41,371 nucleotides of DNA. Source: Minisyncoccota bacterium. Lineage in GTDB: Bacteria; Patescibacteriota; Minisyncoccia; JAHIHE01; JAGLIN01. Shown here piece by piece: positions 16,760 to 25,859 of the stretch. Under the pieces are notes generated by a model. That model worked only from the letters and a program-made list of their open reading frames with translations. It searched no databases and was not told the origin of the DNA. The stretch's first letter is position 1. Each line of letters starts with the position of its first letter. The stretch is taken from the NCBI GenBank assembly GCA_023143145.1, contig JAGLID010000067.1, positions 1-41,371 on the forward strand. Reading direction: 5' to 3'. The position numbers and the translations under genes are program-made.

Positions 16760-17902
16760 ATGCTAAACAAGAATTATATATTTGCAGTATCTTCAATGGT
16801 TGGTACTTCGGTTGGTGTTGGAATTTTTTCGTTGCCATATGTTGCTTCAAAATCGGGATTCTTACCATTTGTAATTCTTATTGTTATATTGGGAGTTATC
16901 ACAACGATTTTAGGTCTAATGTATGGAGAAATAACTTTGAGGACAACAAACAAAGGAAGGCTTGTTGGTTATTGCGAAAAATATCTTGGTAAAAAAGGAA
17001 AGATAATTGCAACGATTGTTGTTCTTTTTACTTTATATTCAAGCCTGCTTGTTTATATTATCATCGGGGGCATTTTTGGTAGTGCTGTATTTTCTAGTTC
17101 TTTAGGAGGAAACGAATTAACATATAGTCTGATAATGTTTGCCGTGATTTCAGTGGGTATCTATATAAGTCTAAAAGTTGTTAGCGTGATTGAATTTTTG
17201 ATGGTTATTTTTCTTTTTATCACAATTCTGGGAATTGTCCTCAAGGGAATACCAATCGTTGATGTTGGCAATCTTGTCACTCATAATTCTTCTCAGTTCT
17301 TCTTTCCGTTTGGAGCAATTCTTTTTTCTTTGGGAGCTTTGTCTGCAATTCCAGTACTTGAGCACATAATGAAGAAAAAACAAAAGAAAATTAAGGATGT
17401 TATAATCATTGGTAATATTATTCCAATTATTATTTACATTCTATTTGTAGTCGTGGTTCTCGGTATAACGGGAGCTGAGACCTCAGTAGAGGCTCTTTAT
17501 GGTCTTAATGTTAGTATTGGGAATGGAATCGTGACTCTTGGTTTGATTTTTGGAATATTTGCTATCTCAACTTCATTTCTAATGTTAGGTATTAATTTAA
17601 AAGAAATGTTTTGGTATGATTATCATCTTAGTGAAAAAAAAGCCTGGGCTCTAACTTGTTTCGTGCCATTGATTGTTTTTGTTTTAGGTCTTCGTGATTT
17701 CATAACAGTTGTAAATATCGCTGGTGGTATCGCTGGTGGATTTATCGGAATCCTAATCATTATTATATTCTATAGGGCAAAAAAGATGGGAGATATTAAA
17801 CCAGCATATAGCATAAAAGTTCCAGTTGTGATTTCACTTGTTATGGTTGTGATATATTCTATCGGAATTGCTTATCAGTTGATTGAAAATTTTAAGATTT
17901 AA
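16760..17902 (+). CDS. amino acid permease (aromatic/hydroxy amino acid or Aa_trans-like)
   Basis: 380 aa with about 10-11 TM helices. The N-terminal signature is VGTSVGVGIFSLPYVASKSGFL. Confidence 0.7.
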   Translation: MLNKNYIFAVSSMVGTSVGVGIFSLPYVASKSGFLPFVILIVILGVITTILGLMYGEITLRTTNKGRLVGYCEKYLGKKGKIIATIVVLFTLYSSLLVYIIIGGIFGSAVFSSSLGGNELTYSLIMFAVISVGIYISLKVVSVIEFLMVIFLFITILGIVLKGIPIVDVGNLVTHNSSQFFFPFGAILFSLGALSAIPVLEHIMKKKQKKIKDVIIIGNIIPIIIYILFVVVVLGITGAETSVEALYGLNVSIGNGIVTLGLIFGIFAISTSFLMLGINLKEMFWYDYHLSEKKAWALTCFVPLIVFVLGLRDFITVVNIAGGIAGGFIGILIIIIFYRAKKMGDIKPAYSIKVPVVISLVMVVIYSIGIAYQLIENFKI

Positions 17903-17909
17903 TAAATAT

Positions 17910-18296
17910 ATGCATAATAAAAATATCAAAAATGTAATTGGATTATGGTTAGCAGTTTTTTTATGGTGTGCCTTTATTTATTTCCTATCCTCAATCCCAA
18001 GTCTGAAATCTGATTTTTCAAGTGAAATTGATTTTGTTTTGCGAAAAATTGCCCATATGAGCGAATATGGGATTTTGACTTTTTTATTCTTCCGAGCCTA
18101 TTCAGGTAGTAAAAATAATCTTTCTAAAAGAAAATCTATTTCTTTGGCGATAATGTTTGCTTTCACTTATGCCCTCACTGATGAATATCATCAGTTGTTT
18201 GTCTCTGGAAGAGAAGGAAGCTTGAGAGATGTGTTTGTTGATAGTCTAGGAATATTTTTCGTGGCATTTTTAATTTACAAAAAAGCGAAAAAATGA
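17910..18296 (+). CDS. VanZ-family membrane protein
   Basis: LRKIAHMSEYGILTFLFFRA ... TDEYHQLFVSGREGSLRDVFVDSLG. The ORF-track TTG start at 17883 overlaps the permease gene. The in-frame ATG at 17910 is preferred. Confidence 0.75.
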   Translation: MHNKNIKNVIGLWLAVFLWCAFIYFLSSIPSLKSDFSSEIDFVLRKIAHMSEYGILTFLFFRAYSGSKNNLSKRKSISLAIMFAFTYALTDEYHQLFVSGREGSLRDVFVDSLGIFFVAFLIYKKAKK

Positions 18297-18331
18297 TAGC
18301 ATAAAGTCATAGTATAAGTATTAAAAAATAA

Positions 18332-19402
18332 ATGATAAACTATATGGAAAACCCTTTGATTGTTATAGAAGTAATCAGAGTATTTGCAATTTTGGCAATT
18401 ACTTTTTCAGTAGCGATGATTTTAACGCCAGTACTTACTCATTTTCTTTATAAATATAAAATTGGAAAACAGATTCGAGCGGATGGTGATACACCGATTT
18501 TCACCGCACTTCATAAGAAAAAATCTGGCACGCCAACAATGGGAGGTCTTCTGATTTGGATTGTTGTTCCTCTTCTTGCAATTTTATTTTGGCTTTTGTC
18601 AATAATTTTCGAAGGATCTCCGTTTGAGTATATAAATTTTCTTGATCGATCTCACACTTATCTGCCTTTGGGAATTTTAGTTCTTGCTGGCATGGTGGGA
18701 GCGGTAGATGATATTATGGGAGTATTTCGTATTGGTCCAAAAGGAGGAGGACTTGGCATCAAAGAAAGAATTTTACTTTATACTTTCGTAGCCGTAATCG
18801 GAGCTTATTGGTTTTATTTTAAGCTCGGCTGGGACATGATTCACATTCCTGGTGTTGGTGATTTTCCAATTGGCTTGTGGTATGTTCCTCTCTTTATTTT
18901 CATTATTGTAGTAACTTCATTTTCTCTTAATGAAACTGATGGTCTTGATGGTCTTGCTGGTGGAACAGTTTTACCTGCTTTTGGAGTTTTTGGAACAATA
19001 GCTTTTGCACAAGGAAATACAGAACTTGCCATGTTTTGTGCTGCTATAATTGGAGCTTTACTTGCATTTCTGTGGTTTAATGTTCATCCAGCAAGGTTTT
19101 ATATGGGGGACACTGGCTCAATGGCTTTGGGTGTGACATTGGGGGTTGTGGCAATGCTGACAAATTCGTTTTTGATTTTGCCAATTGTTTGTTTTATTCT
19201 TGTTATTGAATCAATGTCGGTTATCATTCAATTGACATCAAAAAAATTTAGAGGAAAAAAAGTTTTCCGGAGTGCACCAATCCATCATCATTTCGAAGCT
19301 ATTGGCTGGCCGGAATGTAAAATTACAATGAGGTTTTGGATTATTGCATGGGTAATGTCTACAATTGGATTGGTAATTGGATTACTTGGCATGGGTAACT
19401 AA
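18332..19402 (+). CDS. mraY: phospho-N-acetylmuramoyl-pentapeptide transferase
   Basis: KSGTPTMGG, VDDIMG, NETDGLDGLAGG, MGDTGSMALG and APIHHHFE motifs in a polytopic membrane protein. Confidence 0.9.
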   Translation: MINYMENPLIVIEVIRVFAILAITFSVAMILTPVLTHFLYKYKIGKQIRADGDTPIFTALHKKKSGTPTMGGLLIWIVVPLLAILFWLLSIIFEGSPFEYINFLDRSHTYLPLGILVLAGMVGAVDDIMGVFRIGPKGGGLGIKERILLYTFVAVIGAYWFYFKLGWDMIHIPGVGDFPIGLWYVPLFIFIIVVTSFSLNETDGLDGLAGGTVLPAFGVFGTIAFAQGNTELAMFCAAIIGALLAFLWFNVHPARFYMGDTGSMALGVTLGVVAMLTNSFLILPIVCFILVIESMSVIIQLTSKKFRGKKVFRSAPIHHHFEAIGWPECKITMRFWIIAWVMSTIGLVIGLLGMGN

Positions 19403-19458
19403 TTAATATTGAATATATAATTTTGAATCTGAAATAAATAATTTATAATTCAAAAATT

Positions 19459-21036
19459 ATGCTAGATATAATTATTAAAAATGGAACTGTAATTGACGGT
19501 ACGGGAAAAAAAGGGATTGTTGCTGACGTTGGCATTGAGAAAGGAAAAATAGCAGAGATTGGAAAAATAGGAGTTAGCAATTTAGTGAAAACAATAGATG
19601 CAACAGGAAAAACTGTTTGTCCTGGTTTTATTGATATACTCGATCATTCTGATAATTTTTGGACAATTTTTACCATTCCAAGACTAGATAGTAAAGTTTT
19701 TGATGGAGTTACTACAATAATTGGTGGGAATTGTGGCACTTCGCTCGCTCCAGTGTCAAATCAAGGTTCAATAGAAGCGATGAGAAAATGGGTCGATATT
19801 GATAATGTTAATATAAACTGGCAAGGTACAAAAGATTTTTTCTTGGAGTTGAATAAGAAAAAAATTGGTTTAAATTTTGGAACATTAATTGGACATGAAA
19901 CTTTAAGAAGGGGTTTACTTGGAGATGAGGTTAGAAAAATTACAGAAGAAGAAGTCGAAATAATAGGGAGAATGCTTTCTGATGGTTTGCAAGCAGGGGC
20001 TTTTGGGTTGTCGACTGGATTGGTTTTTTCTCATGCCAAAATGACGACACTTAATGAACTAAAATTTCTAGCTGATATTCTAAAATCTTCTAACTCTTAT
20101 TATGCAAGTCATATTCGAGGAGAAGCGGAGGAGTTACTGCCGAGTATAAACGAAACAATACATATCGGAAGAGAGATGAAAGTGTCAATTGAAATTTCTC
20201 ATTTAAAGGCAGTCGGAAAAAAATATTGGCCAGATATGCAAAGGGCAATTGATATGATTGATGTTGCGAATGAAGATGGTGTTAATATTAATTTTGACAT
20301 CTATCCATACGACACAACCGGATCTGTTCTTTATATACTTTTACCAGATTGGGTTTCGAATGGAGGAAGGAAAATAATGATAGCGAGACTAAAAGATTTG
20401 AGTTTGAGAGAAAAAATTATTAACGAGATGAAAAGTATGAATTATGATTATAATAATATTGTGATATCAATTTGTCCAAGATTAAAAGAAGCAGTAGGAA
20501 GAAAAATTACTGATATTGCAGTAAGTCAGGAAGTCAGTATTGAAGAAGCAATAATTGAATTATTAATAAGTGCTAATGGTCATGTTATTGTTTTTGATGA
20601 GGGAATTTTAAGTGAAGAAAATATAAAAATTTCACTAAGAAGTCCATATTCAATTATAGCTTCTGGAGATGCTGCATATAATATCGAGTATGTTCGAATG
20701 GGTGAGCTTGTTCATCCGAGATGTTTTGGAACATTTTCTAGAGTTTTGGGAAAATACGTAAGAGAAGAAAAAATTCTTAGTCTGGAAGAAGCAATCAAGA
20801 AAATGACATCTTTGCCTGCTCAGAAAATTGGAATCAAAGACCGAGGAATTTTGCAAAGTGGTAATTGTGCTGACGTTGTAATTTTTGATCAAAAAACAAT
20901 AATTGATAAAGCTACCTATAGCAATCCTTATCAATATTCAAAAGGCATAGAGCATGTTATTATAAATGGTAAAATTGTCATAGATAATTTTGAGCACACT
21001 GGAGAATTAGCAGGAAAAGTTTTGAAGAAACGGTAA
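19459..21036 (+). CDS. D-aminoacylase-family amidohydrolase (N-acyl-D-amino-acid deacylase-like)
   Basis: N-terminal beta-sandwich IIIKNGTVIDGTG...ADVGIEKGKIAEIG, then PGFIDILDHSD. GGNCGTSLAP places a Cys at the metal-ligand position of D-aminoacylases. The C-terminus has ADVVIFD...ATYSNP...GIEHVIINGK. No signal peptide. Confidence 0.75.
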   Translation: MLDIIIKNGTVIDGTGKKGIVADVGIEKGKIAEIGKIGVSNLVKTIDATGKTVCPGFIDILDHSDNFWTIFTIPRLDSKVFDGVTTIIGGNCGTSLAPVSNQGSIEAMRKWVDIDNVNINWQGTKDFFLELNKKKIGLNFGTLIGHETLRRGLLGDEVRKITEEEVEIIGRMLSDGLQAGAFGLSTGLVFSHAKMTTLNELKFLADILKSSNSYYASHIRGEAEELLPSINETIHIGREMKVSIEISHLKAVGKKYWPDMQRAIDMIDVANEDGVNINFDIYPYDTTGSVLYILLPDWVSNGGRKIMIARLKDLSLREKIINEMKSMNYDYNNIVISICPRLKEAVGRKITDIAVSQEVSIEEAIIELLISANGHVIVFDEGILSEENIKISLRSPYSIIASGDAAYNIEYVRMGELVHPRCFGTFSRVLGKYVREEKILSLEEAIKKMTSLPAQKIGIKDRGILQSGNCADVVIFDQKTIIDKATYSNPYQYSKGIEHVIINGKIVIDNFEHTGELAGKVLKKR

Positions 21037-21081
21037 AATTAAATTATAGAAATCTTATAATTTATTATAATAAATTACTAG

Positions 21082-22038
21082 ATGCTAAGAATAAAGAATA
21101 TTTTAGACAAATTAAAAAAACAAGATCAGCAAGATTATGGTGTTGCTGTTTTTGATATTGATTTAGAAGTAACTAAGAAAGGAGTATTTATTTTTGGAGA
21201 AGTTTTGATTGAAAATCAAAAAGATAAAGTTTTAGAATTGTTGAAAAAAGAAAACATAGAAATTGCAAATGAGAAAATAAAAGTTTTGAGTGATGTAAGT
21301 AAGAGATATGAGATTGGTTGGGTTGTGGTGAAAGCTAAAATTGCAGATTTAAAATCGAGATTTGTTTCAGAAAAAAATATAAATGAAAACATTTTAAAAA
21401 GAATAAGATGCTCGCAAGCCTTTAAGGGAGAAATTTTGCGAGTTTTGTATAAAAATGAGGATCAATTATTGGTTCAGCAAAACGATTTGACGTTGGGTTG
21501 GATAAACAAAAATGAGGTTATTGTAAAGAAAGAAAGTTTTTATAAAGAATGGAAAAAGGGAAATTATGCAATCAAGGACAAGTTGATAAAAAGTAAGGTT
21601 TCAATTGATGTGACTATAAAAGAAGCAGAAAAATATCTTGGCTCAAAATATCTCCTTGGCGGAAAAACCAAAAACGGAATTGATTGTTCAGCGTTAATTC
21701 AGATTGTCTACAAAAATTCTTTAGGCATTGTTCTGCCAAAGCATTCATGGGATCAAAAAAAGATTGGAAAAAAAGTAGATTTAAAAGATATAGAAACAGG
21801 GGATTTGATTTTCTTGATAAAAAAAAACAACAAGCATAAACATGTTGGAATTGTTGAAGTGTTATTAGAGGGAATTGCGAAAAGGAATTACAGCTCAAAA
21901 GGTACTATGGAACTATCAGATAGGTCTAATATAAATTTAATTCACGCCTCGCTGGATCAGAAAAAAGTAATCAGACAGGATTTGAAAAAAGTTTTTGAGG
22001 ATTATGACTTTGTAGAAGCGAAGAGAGTTATTCTTTGA
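21082..22038 (+). CDS. NlpC/P60 (C40) cysteine peptidase with N-terminal SH3b-like region; no signal peptide
   Basis: Catalytic Cys in GGKTKNGIDCSALIQIVY, His in HKHVGIV, then NLIHAS. The N-terminal half has SH3b-like strands (GWVVVKAKIADLKS; LLVQQNDLTLGWINKNEV). Confidence 0.8.
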   Translation: MLRIKNILDKLKKQDQQDYGVAVFDIDLEVTKKGVFIFGEVLIENQKDKVLELLKKENIEIANEKIKVLSDVSKRYEIGWVVVKAKIADLKSRFVSEKNINENILKRIRCSQAFKGEILRVLYKNEDQLLVQQNDLTLGWINKNEVIVKKESFYKEWKKGNYAIKDKLIKSKVSIDVTIKEAEKYLGSKYLLGGKTKNGIDCSALIQIVYKNSLGIVLPKHSWDQKKIGKKVDLKDIETGDLIFLIKKNNKHKHVGIVEVLLEGIAKRNYSSKGTMELSDRSNINLIHASLDQKKVIRQDLKKVFEDYDFVEAKRVIL

Positions 22039-22050
22039 AATAAAAAAATA

Positions 22051-22085
22051 GAGAATCTAATAGTTTTTGTTTACTATTAGCTCTC
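22051..22085. terminator. hairpin terminator between convergent genes
   Basis: GAGA-at-CTAATAGT-(8 nt)-ACTATTAG-c-TCTC. The T-run follows it on the - strand, so it mainly serves the 22077..22553 gene. Confidence 0.5.
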
Positions 22086-22553
22086 TATGGTAGAGCTAAG
22101 TTCTATTTGTACCTCACATTCATATCTTCTTATTATGACATTTCCTCCAGCAGATTTAAATGCTAAGACTGAATCGGAAAATCCCATTAATCTCTTCATT
22201 GTATTTGCTTTTCCTAACTGTTTTTCGAGGAATTCTTCTGTTTGCTTTTCCCTTTCTAATATTATTTCGATGAATTCATCTTCAAGTAAGACGTCTTGTT
22301 CAATGAATCTCGATATTCCTTCATTAATTTCTAACTGTATTCCATTGATTTCGCATGTCGGATTGATATAATCAATAGTATCAATTCTTAGTTTCCATTT
22401 TTTATTGCGTAATGTTAAACTAATCTTTGCTTGTTTTTGTGGAAAATATACAGTTCCTTCGTTGCATAAGATTTCTCTAAAAGCTCTTTCTGCATTCGTT
22501 CTTCCATTTCCTTGACTAGTCTTAAAGTATAATGTCAATTTTTCCTCTGCCAT
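22077..22553 (-). CDS. hypothetical protein (orphan, opposite strand inside the dcw region)
   Basis: The ORF track gives 22077..22583. The internal Met (MAEEKLTLYF...) has GGAGG 7 nt upstream and is the likelier start. No motif recognised. Confidence 0.55.
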   Translation of the reverse strand: MAEEKLTLYFKTSQGNGRTNAERAFREILCNEGTVYFPQKQAKISLTLRNKKWKLRIDTIDYINPTCEINGIQLEINEGISRFIEQDVLLEDEFIEIILEREKQTEEFLEKQLGKANTMKRLMGFSDSVLAFKSAGGNVIIRRYECEVQIELSSTIES

Positions 22554-22595
22554 TTTATGACCTCCTATAACAATTAATAACAATAATCTAAATAA

Positions 22596-24140
22596 ATGTC
22601 AATAGAAAATCAATTGAAACAATATAAAAATAAAAACATTCACATCGTTGGAATTGGCGGGGCGGAGGGGAGTGCGATTGCGGAGTTTTTGGTGGCCAAT
22701 GGAATTTCTTCGATTACTGGGCATGATTTTTCTTCGAAGGGGGATTTCAAAAAAGCCTTTAATAATACTCATTTGAGTTTGAAACCAGAAGAAAGAGAGG
22801 AGGCTCTGGATCATCTTTTGAATTTGCCAATCAAAATAAATTTCAGAGATCATTATCTGGAAGATGTCAAAGAAGCAGATATAGTTTTTGTTTCGCAGGT
22901 CTGGTTTAAGTATCCTCAAAATATGCCGATTTTAGAAAATATTAAAGATGATGGCGTTCCGTTTAAGACAATTACAAATTTATATTTTGAACTTATGCCG
23001 GGCAAGATTATTTCTGTAACAGGAACGAATGGTAAAACAACAACTTCAAGGTTAATAAACAATATTTTTGAGGATTGGAAAGAAACTTGTCTCGAATATA
23101 CTTCACTAGGAGATGAAAATGACGTTTCTTGTATTGCCTTTCAGGTGGATAAGAAGGATGATATTTTAAATGTTTATTTTGCTGGAAACGATAGACAAAA
23201 TCTGCAAGTTTTGGATCAACTTGAGAAAATGAAAAAAGAAGATATTTTGATTCTAGAGACTAGCAGCACTCAGCTTCTTTTGAATTCTTGTATAAGCCCA
23301 TCTATTGGAGTAATCACGAATATTTCTCCGAACCATCTTGATGATCACGGGAGTATTGAAAATTACATAGAAGCTAAGAAAAATTTAATTCGATATCAAA
23401 AGAAAGGAGACTGGGCAGTTTTGAATTATGACAATGAGCAGACTAGAAAAATCGCGAAGGAATTTTCAGATAATGCATTTTTGTTTAGCGCTAAAGAGGA
23501 ATTGACACAAGGTTGTTTTGTGAAGGGTGGCGAGGTAGTGATTAGAATAAACGAGGAAGAATTTGTCTTGTTTTTAGTAGACGATATAAAAATTCCAGGA
23601 AATCATAATTTGGAAAATGTTTTAGCGGCAGCTAGTTGTGCATATTTATATGGAATTAATCTAGAAATAATTAAGAAGATGATTTCAAAATATACAGGAA
23701 CAAAGCACCGGCTGAAACTTCTTTATAATATTGATGGAATAAAATATTATGATGATACGCAAGCTACAAATCCAGAATCGACAATTGCTGGAATTAACTC
23801 TTTTGATAATGATATAATTTTGCTTTCTGGTGGAGACGACAAGAGAATGAATTATGAAGAACTTGGACAGAGTATTAACAGTCGAGTTAAGTTTCTGATA
23901 TTATTTCCAGGAGGTGCGTCTGAGAAAATTGAAAGTTTGGTTAATAAGAAGAAGATTGATTTTGTGAAAGTGAAAAATTTTCAAGAGGCGATTGATGAAT
24001 TAAAAAAATATTATCAAAAAACTGATCTTAAAAAAGACGGTACGGTTTTGATTTCTCCCGGAGCGGCACATTTCTATTCAAGATTTGTTGAAAATTCTGG
24101 AAAGGACTTGAAGGAATGGATTAGATCTATTAATATTTAA
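22596..24140 (+). CDS. murD: UDP-N-acetylmuramoylalanine--D-glutamate ligase
   Basis: IHIVGIGGAEGSAIAEFL, P-loop VTGTNGKTTT, ILETSSTQL, GNHNLENVLAA, GTKHRLK and DDTQATNPEST. An extra segment of about 35 aa follows the P-loop helix. Confidence 0.85.
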   Translation: MSIENQLKQYKNKNIHIVGIGGAEGSAIAEFLVANGISSITGHDFSSKGDFKKAFNNTHLSLKPEEREEALDHLLNLPIKINFRDHYLEDVKEADIVFVSQVWFKYPQNMPILENIKDDGVPFKTITNLYFELMPGKIISVTGTNGKTTTSRLINNIFEDWKETCLEYTSLGDENDVSCIAFQVDKKDDILNVYFAGNDRQNLQVLDQLEKMKKEDILILETSSTQLLLNSCISPSIGVITNISPNHLDDHGSIENYIEAKKNLIRYQKKGDWAVLNYDNEQTRKIAKEFSDNAFLFSAKEELTQGCFVKGGEVVIRINEEEFVLFLVDDIKIPGNHNLENVLAAASCAYLYGINLEIIKKMISKYTGTKHRLKLLYNIDGIKYYDDTQATNPESTIAGINSFDNDIILLSGGDDKRMNYEELGQSINSRVKFLILFPGGASEKIESLVNKKKIDFVKVKNFQEAIDELKKYYQKTDLKKDGTVLISPGAAHFYSRFVENSGKDLKEWIRSINI

Positions 24141-24164
24141 GACGACTTACTATTCAGTGTTAAT

Positions 24165-24317
24165 CTATTTTTCCTCCTCAATTAATTCCAGTTCAATCGG
24201 TTCTGTTGAGATTATTTCATGTTCAGCACCACAGGCAGGGCACGCAATGATATCTCCAATTTTAATTGTTTTTTCATCAACTGGAATCTCGCAACCGCAC
24301 TCTTGGCAATTTGTCAT
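24165..24317 (-). CDS. LysW-like zinc-ribbon protein (amino-group carrier protein fold), 50 aa; not in the ORF track
   Basis: My own translation of the - strand gives MTNCQECGCEIPVDEKTIKIGDIIACPACGAEHEIISTEPIELELIEEEK. CxxC...CxxCGAExE(I/V)(I/V)...P(I/L)xLE matches the LysW pattern as I remember it from Thermus and Sulfolobus. A near-consensus promoter lies upstream. There is no obvious SD. Confidence 0.55.
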   Translation of the reverse strand: MTNCQECGCEIPVDEKTIKIGDIIACPACGAEHEIISTEPIELELIEEEK

Positions 24318-24343
24318 ATATTTGATTTAATGATTATGTACTA

Positions 24344-24371
24344 ATTATAGTAAGATAAATTAAAAAGTCAA
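24344..24371 (-). promoter_or_regulatory. sigma70-like promoter for the LysW-like ORF
   Basis: On the - strand: TTGACT (24371..24366), a 16-nt spacer, then TATAAT (24349..24344). This lies about 26 nt upstream of the ATG at 24317. Confidence 0.45.
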
Positions 24372-24396
24372 AAAAAGAAAGGCATCAGTTGCCTTT
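24370..24396 (-). terminator. intrinsic terminator of the 107-aa membrane-protein gene
   Basis: On the - strand: AAAGGCA-actga-TGCCTTT followed by CTTTTTTT, 5 nt after the stop at 24401. Confidence 0.55.
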
Positions 24397-24400
24397 AATA

Positions 24401-24724
24401 TCAATATTTAAGCTTGATTGAAATTGTTTTCATTTTTATTTCTGGATGTTTCTTTAGGAAAACAATTCCTGTGACAAGCATAATTGAAACAAATATCATT
24501 CCTGCATACGACAATATCTCATTGTGAAATATCATCATATTGCTTATAAATAATATTGCTAACAATTCTGATACAATTATTGATATAAATTTCCAATTTT
24601 GTTTTGCTTCCTCGTGATTTGCTGTAATTCTCTTAATAATTATATACCCAAGAGCAATAATTATAAACATTAGAATTAAAAAATGAGAGAAAATGAGCAC
24701 TCTTTGAATTATTTCTGAATACAT
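24401..24724 (-). CDS. small 3-TM membrane protein, unknown function
   Basis: 107 aa with three hydrophobic helices. GGAG lies 11 nt upstream of the ATG, and a terminator follows immediately downstream. Confidence 0.5.
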   Translation of the reverse strand: MYSEIIQRVLIFSHFLILMFIIIALGYIIIKRITANHEEAKQNWKFISIIVSELLAILFISNMMIFHNEILSYAGMIFVSIMLVTGIVFLKKHPEIKMKTISIKLKY

Positions 24725-24767
24725 TAGTATTTAATCTCCGTCAAAAGTTTAGTCGATATATAATTTA

Positions 24768-25832
24768 ATGTCAATCTTTCAAGAAAAAATCAATAAACAA
24801 GAAATAGGCATTTGGAGGTATGTTGGTTTTTATAATGATTTTGTGAAATCAGAAAATAGATTATATCTTGAAGATGGGAATTTGGAAAAATTAGAAAATG
24901 AGGATTTGAATAAAATAAGCAAGATAAAGCATTTATATTTTCAGCGAGAGGATGAAAATGAAACGGGATCGCTAAAAGGCAGGAGCCTTGCCTATCAGGT
25001 TTCGCTTGCGAAGCAAAATGGGATAAAAGAACTTGTAATTTCAACTTCTGGAAATGCGGGAATTGCGGCGGCTGCATATTGTCAGGAAGCGGAAATAAAA
25101 TTATATATTTTTATTTCTCCTGAAACAGAAAAAGCCAAAATTGCGAAAATGCAGAAATATAATCCAATAATAATAGAATCAAAAAAAGCGATTCGGTTGG
25201 CTAATTATCTTTCTGCTAGGTATAAAATTGAAAATTTAAGACCTTCTTTAAATGACTCTTCTATTGAGGGTTTTAAGTCGATCGCTTTTGAAATATTTGA
25301 GAAATTAGGAGAGATTGATGCTCTGTTCACTTTTGTGACTAGCGGAAGTTCGTTTGTGGGAATTGGTAGGGCATATCAACATTTATTGGATTGCGATAAG
25401 ATAAAAAAGATGCCAAAATTATTTGCAGTGCAAAGCGGAGAGATTTCATCTATTGCGGGAGATTTCGAAAAAATAACCAAGCAAAAAGATTCAGTAGCCG
25501 GAAGATTGGGAGTAAAAAATACGAGAAGAAAAAAAGAGATTTTGGAATTTATAAAGTTAAGCGGAGGAAGTGGAATTTATATAAATAATCAAGAGCTTCA
25601 AGAAGCGACACAGATATTGGAAGGAAATAAAATAATTACATCGCAAGAAGGTTGTGCAAGTTTTGCAGCAAGTCTGAGAGAAGGAAAAAAATATAATTTA
25701 AATAAAGTGGTTTGTGTACTTTCTGGAAAATCAAGAGATAGGAATAATCAGGTTACAAAAGATAAAATCAAAATAGCAGAAAGTTTTAATGATGTGGATA
25801 ATATTATTATTGGGAAATTTAATTATTGTTAG
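24768..25832 (+). CDS. threonine-synthase-like fold-type II PLP-dependent enzyme
   Basis: N-terminal GIWRY (ThrC-like). PLP-lysine motif ENETGSLKGRS (compare NPTGSFKDRG), then ISTSGNAGIAAAAYC and FVTSGSSFVGIG. 354 aa. Confidence 0.7.
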   Translation: MSIFQEKINKQEIGIWRYVGFYNDFVKSENRLYLEDGNLEKLENEDLNKISKIKHLYFQREDENETGSLKGRSLAYQVSLAKQNGIKELVISTSGNAGIAAAAYCQEAEIKLYIFISPETEKAKIAKMQKYNPIIIESKKAIRLANYLSARYKIENLRPSLNDSSIEGFKSIAFEIFEKLGEIDALFTFVTSGSSFVGIGRAYQHLLDCDKIKKMPKLFAVQSGEISSIAGDFEKITKQKDSVAGRLGVKNTRRKKEILEFIKLSGGSGIYINNQELQEATQILEGNKIITSQEGCASFAASLREGKKYNLNKVVCVLSGKSRDRNNQVTKDKIKIAESFNDVDNIIIGKFNYC

Positions 25833-25859
25833 AGTGACAGATTCTAAATATGAAAATTT

